DNA of 64,000 bases, taken from Auanema rhodensis. Taxonomy: Eukaryota > Animalia > Nematoda. Both the position numbers and the translations under genes were made by a program. Each line of letters begins with the position of its first letter. Within the stretch, counting starts at the first letter, position 1. The notes below the pieces were generated by a model. The model was not told the origin of the DNA. It did not search any database and worked only from the letters and a program-made list of their open reading frames with translations. The stretch lies in NCBI GenBank assembly GCA_964057225.1, contig OZ059899.1, positions 3,348,001 through 3,412,000 on the forward strand, read 5' to 3'. Positions 1 through 13,100 of this stretch are shown here, piece after piece.

Positions 1-47
1 TTTTGAAATTTTTCGAAAAAATTTTTGTCAAAATGTTTTTGGAAGCA

Positions 48-75
48 ATGTTGAGTGTACATGGAAACTCAACAT
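48..75. repeat. Inverted repeat 1 (in every monomer): perfect 9-bp stem, 10-nt loop
   Basis: atgttgagt (48-56) is the reverse complement of actcaacat (67-75); loop gtacatggaa. Confidence 0.95.
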
Positions 76-158
76 ACACTAATGCATCATTTTTCAAACG
101 ATCATAACTAATTTTTGTATTAAGCGTTTCTCAATGTAGTATAGTGCATTCGATGCGG

Positions 159-209
159 ATTTTTAAGCTGCGTCGATCTGTGTTATCAGATTTGCGCTAG
201 CTTAAAAAT
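159..209. repeat. Inverted repeat 2 (in every monomer): 51-nt imperfect hairpin
   Basis: atttttaagct (159-169)/agcttaaaaat (199-209) pair perfectly over 11 bp; also gcg (170-172)/cgc (195-197) and atctg (176-180)/cagat (187-191); loop tgttat. Confidence 0.95.
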
Positions 210-226
210 GCACCGAGATATCAACT

Positions 227-248
227 GATATAAGTTCACACTTATATC
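227..248. repeat. Inverted repeat 3 (perfect in most type A monomers): 9-bp stem, 4-nt loop
   Basis: gatataagt (227-235)/acttatatc (240-248), loop tcac; an overlapping atatca/tgatat dyad lies at 218-231. Confidence 0.93.
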
Positions 249-350
249 CTCGATTTTCACCCTGAAGAATTAATTTTTTCGTTGAATAACATTGTCTATC
301 GTCTTTGCCTTGAGAAATGGAATCTAAAAACATCTACTTTTTGCTAAATT

Positions 351-385
351 ATTTTGAAATTTTTCGAAAAAATTTTTGTCAAAAT
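351..385. repeat. Imperfect A/T-tract palindrome at each monomer junction
   Basis: attttga...tcaaaat arms surround the perfect 12-bp palindrome tttttcgaaaaa (360-371). Confidence 0.8.
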
Positions 386-3158
386 GTTTTTGGAAGCAAT
401 GTTGAGTGTACATGGAAACTCAACATACACTAATGCATCATTTTTCAAACGATCATAACTAATTTTTGTATTAAACGTTTCTCAATGTAGTATAGTGCAT
501 TCGATGCGGATTTTTAAGCTGCGTCGATCTGTGTTATCAGATTTGCGCTAGCTTAAAAATGCACCGAGATATCAACTGATATAAGTTCACACTTATATCC
601 TCGATTTTCACCCTGAAGAAATAATTTTTTCGTTGAATAACATTGTCCATCGTCTTTGCCTTGAAAAAAGGAATCTAAAAACATCTACTTTTTGCTAAAT
701 TATTTTGAAATTTTTCGAAAAAATTTTTGTCAAAATGTTTTTGGAAGCAATGTTGAGTGTACATGGAAACTCAACATACACTAATGCATCATTTTTCAAA
801 CGATCATAACCAATTTTTGTATTAAGCGTTTCTCAATGTAGTATAGTGCATTCGATGCGGATTTTTAAGCTGCGTCGATCTGTGTTATCAGATTTGCGCT
901 AGCTTAAAAATGCACCGAGATATCAACTGATATATGTTCACACTTATATCCTCGATTTTCACCCTGAAGAATTAATTTTTTCGTTGAATAACATTGTCCA
1001 TCGTCTTTGCCTTGAAAAATGGAATCTAAAAACATCTACTTTTTGCTAAATTATTTTGAAATTTTTCGAAAAAATTTTTGTCAAAATGTTTTTGGAAGCA
1101 ATGTTGAGTGTACATGGAAACTCAACATACACTAATGCATCATTTTTCAAACGATCATAACTAATTTTTGTATTAAGCGTTTCTCAATGTAGTATAGTGC
1201 ATTCGATGCGGATTTTTAAGCTGCGTCGATCTGTGTTATCAGATTTGCGCTAGCTTAAAAATGCACCGAGATATCAACTGATATAAGTTCACACTTATAT
1301 CCTCGATTTTCACCCTGAAGAATTAATTTTTTCGTTGAATAACATTGTCTATCGTTTTTGCCTTGAGAAATGGAATCTAAAAACATCTACTTTTTGCTAA
1401 ATTATTTTGAAATTTTTCGAAAAAATTTTTGTCAAAATGTTTTTGGAAGCAATGTTGAGTGTACATGGAAACTCAACATACACTAATGCATCATTTTTCA
1501 AACGATCATAACTAATTTTTGTATTAAACGTTTCTCAATGTAGTATAGTGCATTCGATGCGGATTTTTAAGCTGCGTCGATCTGTGTTATCAGATTTGCG
1601 CTAGCTTAAAAATGCACCGAGATATCAACTGATATAAGTTCACACTTATATCCTCGATTTTCACCCTGAAGAAATGATTTTTTCGTTGAATAACATTGTC
1701 CATCGTCTTTGCCTTGAAAAAAGGAATCTAAAAACATCTACTTTTTGCTAAATTATTTTGAAATTTTTCGAAAAAATTTTTGTCAAAATGTTTTTGGAAG
1801 CAATGTTGAGTGTACATGGAAACTCAACATACACTAATGCATCATTTTTCAAACGATCATAACCAATTTTTGTATTAAGCGTTTCTCAATGTAGTATAGT
1901 GCATTCGATGCGGATTTTTAAGCTGCGTCGATCTGTGTTATCAGATTTGCGCTAGCTTAAAAATGCACCGAGATATCAACTGATATAAGTTCACACTTAT
2001 ATCCTCGATTTTCACCCTGAAGAATTAATTTTTTCGTTGAATAACATTGTCTATCGTCTTTGCCTTGAGAAATGGAATCTAAAAACATCTACTTTTTGCT
2101 AAATTATTCTGAAATTTTTCGAAAAAATTTTTGTCAAAATGTTTTTGGAAGCAATGTTGAGTGTACATGGAAACTCAACATACACTAATGCATCATTTTT
2201 CAAACGATCATAACTAATTTTTGTATTAAACGTTTCTCAATGTAGTATAGTGCATTCGATGCGGATTTTTAAGCTGCGTCGATCTGTGTTATCAGATTTG
2301 CGCTAGCTTAAAAATGCACCGAGATATCAACTGATATAAGTTCACACTTATATCCTCGATTTTCACCCTGAAGAAATAATTTTTTCGTTGAATAACATTG
2401 TCCATCGTCTTTGCCTTGAAAAAAGGAATCTAAAAACATCTACTTTTTCTAAATTATTTTGAAATTTTTCGAAAAAATTTTTGTCAAAATGTTTTTGGAA
2501 GCAATGTTGAGTGTACATGGAAACTCAACATACACTAATGCATCATTTTTCAAACGATCATAACCAATTTTTGTATTAAGCGTTTCTCAATGTAGTATAG
2601 TGCATTCGATGCGGATTTTTAAGCTGCGTCGATCTGTGTTATCAGATTTGCGCTAGCTTAAAAATGCACCGAGATATCAACTGATATAAGTTCACACTTA
2701 TATCCTCGATTTTCACCCTGAAAAAATAATTTTTTCGTTGAATAACATTGTCCATCGTCTTTGCCTTGAAAAAAGGAATCTAAAAACATCTACTTTTTGC
2801 TAAATTATTTTGAAATTTTTCGAAAAAATTTTTGTCAAAATGTTTTTGGAAGCAATGTTGAGTGTACATGGAAACTCAACATACACTAATGCATCATTTT
2901 TCAAACGATCATAACTAATTTTTGTATTAAACGTTTCTCAATGTAGTATAGTGCATTCGATGCGGATTTTTAAGCTGCGTCGATCTGTGTTATCAGATTT
3001 GCGCTAGCTTAAAAATGCACCGAGATATCAACTGATATAAGTTCACACTTATATCCTCGATTTTCACCCTGAAGAAATAATTTTTTCGTTGAATAACATT
3101 GTCCATCGTCTTTGCCTTGAAAAAAGGAATCTAAAAACATCTACTTTTTGCTAAATTA

Positions 3159-6100
3159 TTTTGAAATTTTTCGAAAAAATTTTTGTCAAAATGTTTTTGG
3201 AAGCAATGTTGAGTGTACATGGAAACTCAACATACACTAATGCATCATTTTTCAAACGATCATAACTAATTTTTGTATTAAGCGTTTCTCAATGTAGTAT
3301 AGTGCATTCGATGCGGATTTTTAAGCTGCGTCGATCTGTGTTATCAGATTTGCGCTAGCTTAAAAATGCACCGAGATATCAACTGATATAAGTTCACACT
3401 TATATCCTCGATTTTCACCCTGAAGAATTAATTTTTTCGTTGAATAACATTGTCTATCGTCTTTGCCTTGAAAAATGGAATCTAAAAACATCTACTTTTT
3501 GCTGAATTATTTTGAAATTTTTCGAAAAAATTTTTGTCAAAATGTTTTTGGAAGCAATGTTGAGTGTACATGGAAACTCAACATATACTAATGCATCATT
3601 TTTCAAACGATCATAACTAATTTTTGTATTAAGCGTTTCTCAATGTAGTATAGTGCATTCGATGCGGATTTTTAAGCTGCGTCGATCTGTGTTATCAGAT
3701 TTGCGCTAGCTTAAAAATGCACCGAGATATCAACTGATATAAGTTCACACATATATACCCGATTTTCACCCTGAAGAATTAATTTTTTCGTTAAATAACC
3801 TTGTCCATCGTCTTTGTCTTGAAAAATAGAATCTTAAAACATCTACTTTTTGCTAAATTATTTTGAAATTTTTCGAAAAAATTTTTGTCAAAATGTTTTT
3901 GGAAGCAATGTTGAGTGTACATGGAAACTCAACATATACTAATGCATCATTTTTCAAACGATCATAACTAATTTTTGTATCAAGTGTTTCTCAATGTAGT
4001 ATAGTGCATTCGATGCGGATTTTTAAGCTGCGTCGATCTGTGTTATCAGATTTGCGCTAGCTTAAAAATGCACCGAGATATCAACTGATATAAGTTCACA
4101 CTTATATCCTCGATTTTCACCCTGAATAATTAATTTTTTCGTTGAATAACATTGTCTATCGTCTTTGCCTTGAGAAATGGAATCTAAAAACATCTACTTT
4201 TTGCTAAATTATTTTGAAATTTTTTGAAAAAATTTTTGTCAAAATGTTTTTGGAAGCAATGTTGAGTGTACATGGAAACTCAACATACACTAATGCATCA
4301 TTTTTCAAACGATGATAACTAATTTTTGTATTAAGTGTTTCTCAATGTAGTATAGTGCATTCGATGCAGATTTTTAAGCTGCTTCGATCTGTGTTATCAG
4401 ATTTGCGCTAGCTTAAAAATGCACCGAGATATCAACTGATATAAGTTCACACTTATATCCTCGATTTTCACCCTGAAGAAATAATTTTTTCGTTGAATAA
4501 CATTGTCCATCGTCTTTGCCTTGAAAAAAGGAATCTAAAAACATCTACTTTTTGCTAAATTATTTTGAAATTTTTCGAAAAAATTTTTGTCAAAATGTTT
4601 TTGGAAGCAATGTTGAGTGTACATGGAAACTCAACATACACTAATGCATCATTTTTCAAACGATCATAACTAATTTTTGTATTAAGCGTTTCTCAATGTA
4701 GTATAGTGCATTCGATGCGGATTTTTAAGCTGCGTCGATCTGTGTTATCAGATTTGCGCTAGCTTAAAAATGCACCGAGATATCAACTGATATAAGTTCA
4801 CACTTATATCCTCGATTTTCACCCTGAAGAATTAATTTTTTCGTTGAATAACATTGTCCATCGTCTTTGCCTTGAAAAATGGAATCTAAAAACATCTACT
4901 TTTTGCTAAATTATTTTGAAATTTTTCGAAAAAATTTTTGTCAAAATGTTTTTGGAAGCAATGTTGAGTGTACATGGAAACTCAACATACACTAATGCAT
5001 CATTTTTCAAACGATCATAACTAATTTTTGTATTAAGCGTTTCTCAATGTAGTATAGTGCATTCGATGCGGATTTTCAAGCTGCGTCGATCTGTGTTATC
5101 AGATTTGCGCTAGCTTAAAAATGCACCGAGATATCAACTGATATAAGTTCACACATATATACCCGATTTTCACCCTGAAGAATTAATTTTTTCGTTAAAT
5201 AACCTTGTCCATCGTATTTGTCTTAAAAAATAGAATCTAAAAACATCTACTTTTTGCTAAATTATTTTGAAATTTTTCGAAAAAATTTTTGTCAAAATGT
5301 TTTTGGAAGCAATGTTGAGTGTACATGGAAACTCAACATACACTAATGCATCATTTTTCAAACGATCATAACTAATTTTTGTATTAAGCGTTTCTCAATG
5401 TAGTATAGTGCATTCGATGCGGATTTTCAAGCTGCGTCGATCTGTGTTATCAGATTTGCGCTAGCTTAAAAATGCACCGAGATATCAACTGATATAAGTT
5501 CACACATATATACCCGATTTTCACCCTGAAGAATTAATTTTTTCGTTAAATAACCTTGTCCATCGTCTTTGTCTTGAAAAATAGAATCTAAAAACATCTA
5601 CTTTTTGCTAAATTATTTTGAAATTTTTCGAAAAAATTTTTGTCAAAATGTTTTTGGAAGCAATGTTGAGTGTACATGGAAACTCAACATACACTAATGC
5701 ATCATTTTTCAAACGATCATAACTAATTTTTGTATCAAGTGTTTCTCAATGTAGTATAGTGCATTCGATGCGGATTTTTAAGCTGCGTCGATCTGTGTTA
5801 TCAGATTTGCGCTAGCTTAAAAATGCACCGAGATATCAACTGATATAAGTTCACACATATATACCCGATTTTCACCCTGAAGAATTAATTTTTTCGTTAA
5901 ATAACCTTGTCCATCGTTTTTGTCTTAAAAAATAGAATCATAAAACATCTACTTTTTGCTAAATTATTTTGAAATTTTTCGAAAAAATTTTTGTCAAAAT
6001 GTTTTTGGAAGCAATGTTGAGTGTACATGGAAACTCAACATACACTAATGCATCATTTTTCAAACGATCATAACTAATTTTTGTATTAAGCGTTTCTCAA

Positions 6101-9100
6101 TGTAGTATAGTGCATTCGATGCGGATTTTCAAGCTGCGTCGATCTGTGTTATCAGATTTGCGCTAGCTTAAAAATGCACCGAGATATCAACTGATATAAG
6201 TTCACACATATATACCCGATTTTCACCCTGAAGAATTAATTTTTTCGTTAAATAACCTTGTCCATCGTTTTTGTCTTAAAAAATAGAATCTAAAAACATC
6301 TACTTTTTGCTAAGTTATTTTGAAATTTTTCGAAAAAATTTTTGTCAAAATGTTTTTGGAAGCAATGTTGAGTGTACATGGAAACTCAACATACACTAAT
6401 GCATCATTTTTCAAACGATCATAACTAATTTTTGTATTAAGCGTTTCTCAATGTAGTATAGTGCATTCGATGCGGATTTTCAAGCTGCGTCGATCTGTGT
6501 TATCAGATTTGCGCTAGCTTAAAAATGCACCGAGATATCAACTGATATAAGTTCACACATATATACCCGATTTTCACCCTGAAGAATTAATTTTTTCGTT
6601 AAATAACCTTGTCCATCGTTTTTGTCTTGAAAAATAGAATCTTAAAACATCTACTTTTTGCTAAATTATTTTGAAATTTTTCGAAAAAATTTTTGTCAAA
6701 ATGTTTTTGGAAGCAATGTTGAGTGTACATGGAAACTCAACATATACTAATGCATCATTTTTCAAACGATCATAACTAATTTTTGTATCAAGTGTTTCTC
6801 AATGTAGTATAGTGCATTCGATGCGGATTTTTAAGCTGCGTCGATCTGTGTTATCAGATTTGCGCTAGCTTAAAAATGCACCGAGATATCAACTGATATA
6901 AGTTCACACTTATATCCTCGATTTTCACCCTGAAGAAATAATTTTTTCGTTGAATAACATTGTCCATCGTCTTTGCCTTGAAAAAAGGAATCTAAAAACA
7001 TCTACTTTTTGCTAAATTATTTTGAAATTTTTCGAAAAAATTTTTGTCAAAATGTTTTTGGAAGCAATGTTGAGTGTACATGGAAACTCAACATACACTA
7101 ATGCATCATTTTTCAAACGATCATAACTAATTTTTGTATTAAGCGTTTCTCAATGTAGTATAGTGCATTCGATGCGGATTTTTAAGCTGCGTCGATCTGT
7201 GTTATCAGATTTGCGCTAGCTTAAAAATGCACCGAGATATCAACTGATATAAGTTCACACTTATATCCTCGATTTTCACCCTGAAGAATTAATTTTTTCG
7301 TTGAATAACATTGTCTATCGTCTTTGCCTTGAAAAATGGAATCTAAAAACATCTACTTTTTGCTGAATTATTTTGAAATTTTTCGAAAAAATTTTTGTCA
7401 AAATGTTTTTGGAAGCAATGTTGAGTGTACATGGAAACTCAACATATACTAATGCATCATTTTTCAAACGATCATAACTAATTTTTGTATTAAGCGTTTC
7501 TCAATGTAGTATAGTGCATTCGATGCGGATTTTTAAGCTGCGTCGATCTGTGTTATCAGATTTGCGCTAGCTTAAAAATGCACCGAGATATCAACTGATA
7601 TAAGTTCACACATATATACCCGATTTTCACCCTGAAGAATTAATTTTTTCGTTAAATAACCTTGTCCATCGTCTTTGTCTTGAAAAATAGAATCTTAAAA
7701 CATCTACTTTTTGCTAAATTATTTTGAAATTTTTCGAAAAAATTTTTGTCAAAATGTTTTTGGAAGCAATGTTGAGTGTACATGGAAACTCAACATATAC
7801 TAATGCATCATTTTTCAAACGATCATAACTAATTTTTGTATCAAGTGTTTCTCAATGTAGTATAGTGCATTCGATGCGGATTTTTAAGCTGCGTCGATCT
7901 GTGTTATCAGATTTGCGCTAGCTTAAAAATGCACCGAGATATCAACTGATATAAGTTCACACTTATATCCTCGATTTTCACCCTGAATAATTAATTTTTT
8001 CGTTGAATAACATTGTCTATCGTCTTTGCCTTGAGAAATGGAATCTAAAAACATCTACTTTTTGCTAAATTATTTTGAAATTTTTTGAAAAAATTTTTGT
8101 CAAAATGTTTTTGGAAGCAATGTTGAGTGTACATGGAAACTCAACATACACTAATGCATCATTTTTCAAACGATGATAACTAATTTTTGTATTAAGTGTT
8201 TCTCAATGTAGTATAGTGCATTCGATGCGGATTTTTAAGCTGCTTCGATCTGTGTTATCAGATTTGCGCTAGCTTAAAAATGCACCGAGATATCAACTGA
8301 TATAAGTTCACACTTATATCCTCGATTTTCACCCTGAAGAAATAATTTTTTCGTTGAATAACATTGTCCATCGTCTTTGCCTTGAAAAAAGGAATCTAAA
8401 AACATCTACTTTTTGCTAAATTATTTTGAAATTTTTCGAAAAAATTTTTGTCAAAATGTTTTTGGAAGCAATGTTGAGTGTACATGGAAACTCAACATAC
8501 ACTAATGCATCATTTTTCAAACGATCATAACTAATTTTTGTATTAAGCGTTTCTCAATGTAGTATAGTGCATTCGATGCGGATTTTTAAGCTGCGTCGAT
8601 CTGTGTTATCAGATTTGCGCTAGCTTAAAAATGCACCGAGATATCAACTGATATAAGTTCACACTTATATCCTCGATTTTCACCCTGAAGAATTAATTTT
8701 TTCGTTGAATAACATTGTCCATCGTCTTTGCCTTGAAAAATGGAATCTAAAAACATCTACTTTTTGCTAAATTATTTTGAAATTTTTCGAAAAAATTTTT
8801 GTCAAAATGTTTTTGGAAGCAATGTTGAGTGTACATGGAAACTCAACATACACTAATGCATCATTTTTCAAACGATCATAACTAATTTTTGTATTAAGCG
8901 TTTCTCAATGTAGTATAGTGCATTCGATGCGGATTTTCAAGCTGCGTCGATCTGTGTTATCAGATTTGCGCTAGCTTAAAAATGCACCGAGATATCAACT
9001 GATATAAGTTCACACATATATACCCGATTTTCACCCTGAAGAATTAATTTTTTCGTTAAATAACCTTGTCCATCGTTTTTGTCTTAAAAAATAGAATCTA

Positions 9101-10178
9101 AAAACATCTACTTTTTGCTAAATTATTTTGAAATTTTTCGAAAAAATTTTTGTCAAAATGTTTTTGGAAGCAATGTTGAGTGTACATGGAAACTCAACAT
9201 ACACTAATGCATCATTTTTCAAACGATCATAACTAATTTTTGTATTAAGCGTTTCTCAATGTAGTATAGTGCATTCGATGCGGATTTTCAAGCTGCGTCG
9301 ATCTGTGTTATCAGATTTGCGCTAGCTTAAAAATGCACCGAGATATCAACTGATATAAGTTCACACATATATACCCGATTTTCACCCTGAAGAATTAATT
9401 TTTTCGTCAAATAACCTTGTCCATCGTCTTTGTCTTGAAAAATAGAATCTAAAAACATCTACTTTTTGCTAAATTATTTTGAAATTTTTCGAAAAAATTT
9501 TTGTCAAAATGTTTTTGGAAGCAATGTTGAGTGTACATGGAAACTCAACATACACTAATGCATCATTTTTCAAACGATCATAACTAATTTTTGTATCAAG
9601 TGTTTCTCAATGTAGTATAGTGCATTCGATGCGGATTTTTAAGCTGCGTCGATCTGTGTTATCAGATTTGCGCTAGCTTAAAAATGCACCGAGATATCAA
9701 CTGATATAAGTTCACACATATATACCCGATTTTCACCCTGAAGAATTAATTTTTTCGTTAAATAACCTTGTCCATCGTTTTTGTCTTAAAAAATAGAATC
9801 ATAAAACATCTACTTTTTGCTAAATTATTTTGAAATTTTTCGAAAAAATTTTTGTCAAAATGTTTTTGGAAGCAATGTTGAGTGTACATGGAAACTCAAC
9901 ATACACTAATGCATCATTTTTCAAACGATCATAACTAATTTTTGTATTAAGCGTTTCTCAATGTAGTATAGTGCATTCGATGCGGATTTTCAAGCTGCGT
10001 CGATCTGTGTTATCAGATTTGCGCTAGCTTAAAAATGCACCGAGATATCAACTGATATAAGTTCACACATATATACCCGATTTTCACCCTGAAGAATTAA
10101 TTTTTTCGTTAAATAACCTTGTCCATCGTTTTTGTCTTAAAAAATAGAATCTAAAAACATCTACTTTTTGCTAAGTTA
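3159..10178. repeat. Higher-order tandem duplication, 11-monomer (3861 bp) period
   Basis: m10-m18 match m21-m29: gctgaatt at ~3504/~7365, gatgataa+gcttcg in m13/m24, aatcataa in m17/m28, gctaagtt in m18/m29. Confidence 0.9.
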
Positions 10179-13100
10179 TTTTGAAATTTTTCGAAAAAAT
10201 TTTTGTCAAAATGTTTTTGGAAGCAATGTTGAGTGTACATGGAAACTCAACATACACTAATGCATCATTTTTCAAACGATCATAACTAATTTTTGTATTA
10301 AGCGTTTCTCAATGTAGTATAGTGCATTCGATGCGGATTTTCAAGCTGCGTCGATCTGTGTTATCAGATTTGCGCTAGCTTAAAAATGCACCGAGATATC
10401 AACTGATATAAGTTCACACATATATACCCGATTTTCACCCTGAAGAATTAATTTTTTCGTTAAATAACCTTGTCCATCGTCTTTGTCTTGAAAAATAGAA
10501 TCTAAAAACATCTACTTTTTGCTAAATTATTTTGAAATTTTTCGAAAAAATTTTTGTCAAAATGTTTTTGGAAGCAATGTTGAGTGTACATGGAAACTCA
10601 ACATACACTAATGCATCATTTTTCAAACGATCATAACTAATTTTTGTATCAAGTGTTTCTCAATGTAGTATAGTGCATTCGATGCGGATTTTTAAGCTGC
10701 GTCGATCTGTGTTATCAGATTTGCGCTAGCTTAAAAATGCACCGAGATATCAACTGATATAAGTTCACACATATATACCCGATTTTCACCCTGAAGAATT
10801 AATTTTTTCGTTAAATAACCTTGTCCATCGTTTTTGTCTTAAAAAATAGAATCATAAAACATCTACTTTTTGCTAAATTATTTTGAAATTTTTCGAAAAA
10901 ATTTTTGTCAAAATGTTTTTGGAAGCAATGTTGAGTGTACATGGAAACTCAACATACACTAATGCATCATTTTTCAAACGATCATAACTAATTTTTGTAT
11001 TAAGCGTTTCTCAATGTAGTATAGTGGATTCGATGCGGATTTTCAAGCTGCGTCGATCTGTGTTATCAGATTTGCGCTAGCTTAAAAATGCACCGAGATA
11101 TCAACTGATATAAGTTCACACATATATACCCGATTTTCACCCTGAAGAATTAATTTTTTCGTTAAATAACCTTGTCCATCGTTTTTGTCTTAAAAAATAG
11201 AATCTAAAAACATCTACTTTTTGCTAAGTTATTTTGAAATTTTTCGAAAAAATTTTTGTCAAAATGTTTTTGGAAGCAATGTTGAGTGTACATGGAAACT
11301 CAACATACACTAATGCATCATTTTTCAAACGATCATAACTAATTTTTGTATTAAGCGTTTCTCAATGTAGTATAGTGCATTCGATGCGGATTTTCAAGCT
11401 GCGTCGATCTGTGTTATCAGATTTGCGCTAGCTTAAAAATGCACCGAGATATCAACTGATATAAGTTCACACATATATACCCGATTTTCACCCTGAAGAA
11501 TTAATTTTTTCGTTAAATAACCTTGTCCATCGTTTTTGTCTTGAAAAATAGAATCTTAAAACATCTACTTTTTGCTAAATTATTTTGAAATTTTTCGAAA
11601 AAATTTTTGTCAAAATGTTTTTGGAAGCAATGTTGAGTGTACATGGAAACTCAACATATACTAATGCATCATTTTTCAAACGATCATAACTAATTTTTGT
11701 ATCAAGTGTTTCTCAATGTAGTATAGTGCATTCGATGCGGATTTTTAAGCTGCGTCGATCTGTGTTATCAGATTTGCGCTAGCTTAAAAATGCACCGAGA
11801 TATCAACTGATATAAGTTCACACTTATATCCTCGATTTTCACCCTGAATAATTAATTTTTTCGTTGAATAACATTGTCTATCGTCTTTGCCTTGAGAAAT
11901 GGAATCTAAAAACATCTACTTTTTGCTAAATTATTTTGAAATTTTTTGAAAAAATTTTTGTCAAAATGTTTTTGGAAGCAATGTTGAGTGTACATGGAAA
12001 CTCAACATACACTAATGCATCATTTTTCAAACGATGATAACTAATTTTTGTATTAAGCGTTTCTCAATGTAGTATAGTGCATTCGATGCGGATTTTTAAG
12101 CTGCGTCGATCTGTGTTATCAGATTTGCGCTAGCTTAAAAATGCACCGAGATATCAACTGATATAAGTTCACACTTATATCCTCGATTTTCACCCTGAAT
12201 AATTAATTTTTTCGTTGAATAACATTGTCTATCGTCTTTGCCTTGAGAAATGGAATCTAAAAACATCTACTTTTTGCTAAATTATTTTGAAATTTTTCGA
12301 ATAAATTTTTGTCAAAATGTTTTTGGAAGCAATGTTGAGTGTACATGGAAACTCAACATACACTAATGCATCATTTTTCAAACGATCATAACTAATTTTT
12401 GTATTAAGCGTTTCTCAATGTAGTATAGTGCATTCGATGCGGATTTTTAAGCTGCTTCGATCTGTGTTATCAGATTTGCGCTAGCTTAAAAATGCACCGA
12501 GATATCAACTGATATAAGTTCACACTTATATCCTCGATTTTCACCCTGAAGAAATAATTTTTTCGTTGAATAACATTGTCCATCGTCTTTGCCTTGAAAA
12601 AAGGAATCTAAAAACATCTACTTTTTGCTAAATTATTTTAAATTTTTCGAAAAAATTTTTGTCAAAATGTTTTTGGAAGCAATGTTGAGTGTACATGGAA
12701 ACTCAACATACACTAATGCATCATTTTTCAAACGATCATAACTAATTTTTGTATCAAGTGTTTCTCAATGTAGTATAGTGCATTCGATGCGGATTTTTAA
12801 GCTGCGTCGATCTGTGTTATCAGATTTGCGCTAGCTTAAAAATGCACCGAGATATCAACTGATATAAGTTCACACTTATATCCTCGATTTTCACCCTGAA
12901 TAATTAATTTTTTCGTTGAATAACATTGTCTATCGTCTTTGCCTTGAGAAATGGAATCTAAAAACATCTACTTTTTGCTAAATTATTTTGAAATTTTTTG
13001 AAAAAATTTTTGTCAAAATGTTTTTGGAAGCAATGTTGAGTGTACATGGAAACTCAACATACACTAATGCATCATTTTTCAAACGATGATAACTAATTTT

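Larger units (their letters stand above)
1..351. repeat. Reference monomer (type A; arbitrary phase)
   Basis: Hand count gives 110/351 G+C (31%) and 12 CpG. Single sites: BstBI ttcgaa p12, BsrGI tgtaca p56, NsiI atgcat p82, NheI gctagc p196, EcoRV gatatc p217. Confidence 0.97.
1..6668. repeat. 19-monomer block, copy 1 of the long-range duplication
   Basis: The variant order of m1-m19 matches m94-m112, including the 1-bp deletion at ~2449/~35088. Confidence 0.9.

Noticed and set aside
33-107. Small ORF MFLEAMLSVHGNSTYTNASFFKRS
   Set aside because: Only 24 codons, with no recognisable motif; expected by chance.
137-180. tRNA/SINE Pol III promoter (tagtatagtg resembles an A box; attcgatgc or gtcgatct a B box)
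   Set aside because: Spacing is too short, the B-box match is imperfect and there is no cloverleaf; tRNAscan-SE/Infernal would settle it.
159-209. Rho-independent terminator or pre-miRNA
   Set aside because: No associated gene, and common uncompensated stem variants; cannot be supported without expression data.
277-293. CENP-B box (tttcgttgaataacatt)
   Set aside because: Matches TTCG....A but lacks the essential CGGG.
1-351. 5S rDNA, spliced-leader or snRNA repeat unit
   Set aside because: No recognisable conserved sequence of these RNAs.
1-351. Internal dimer of ~175 bp or trimer of 117 bp
   Set aside because: No similarity between halves or thirds is visible by eye.
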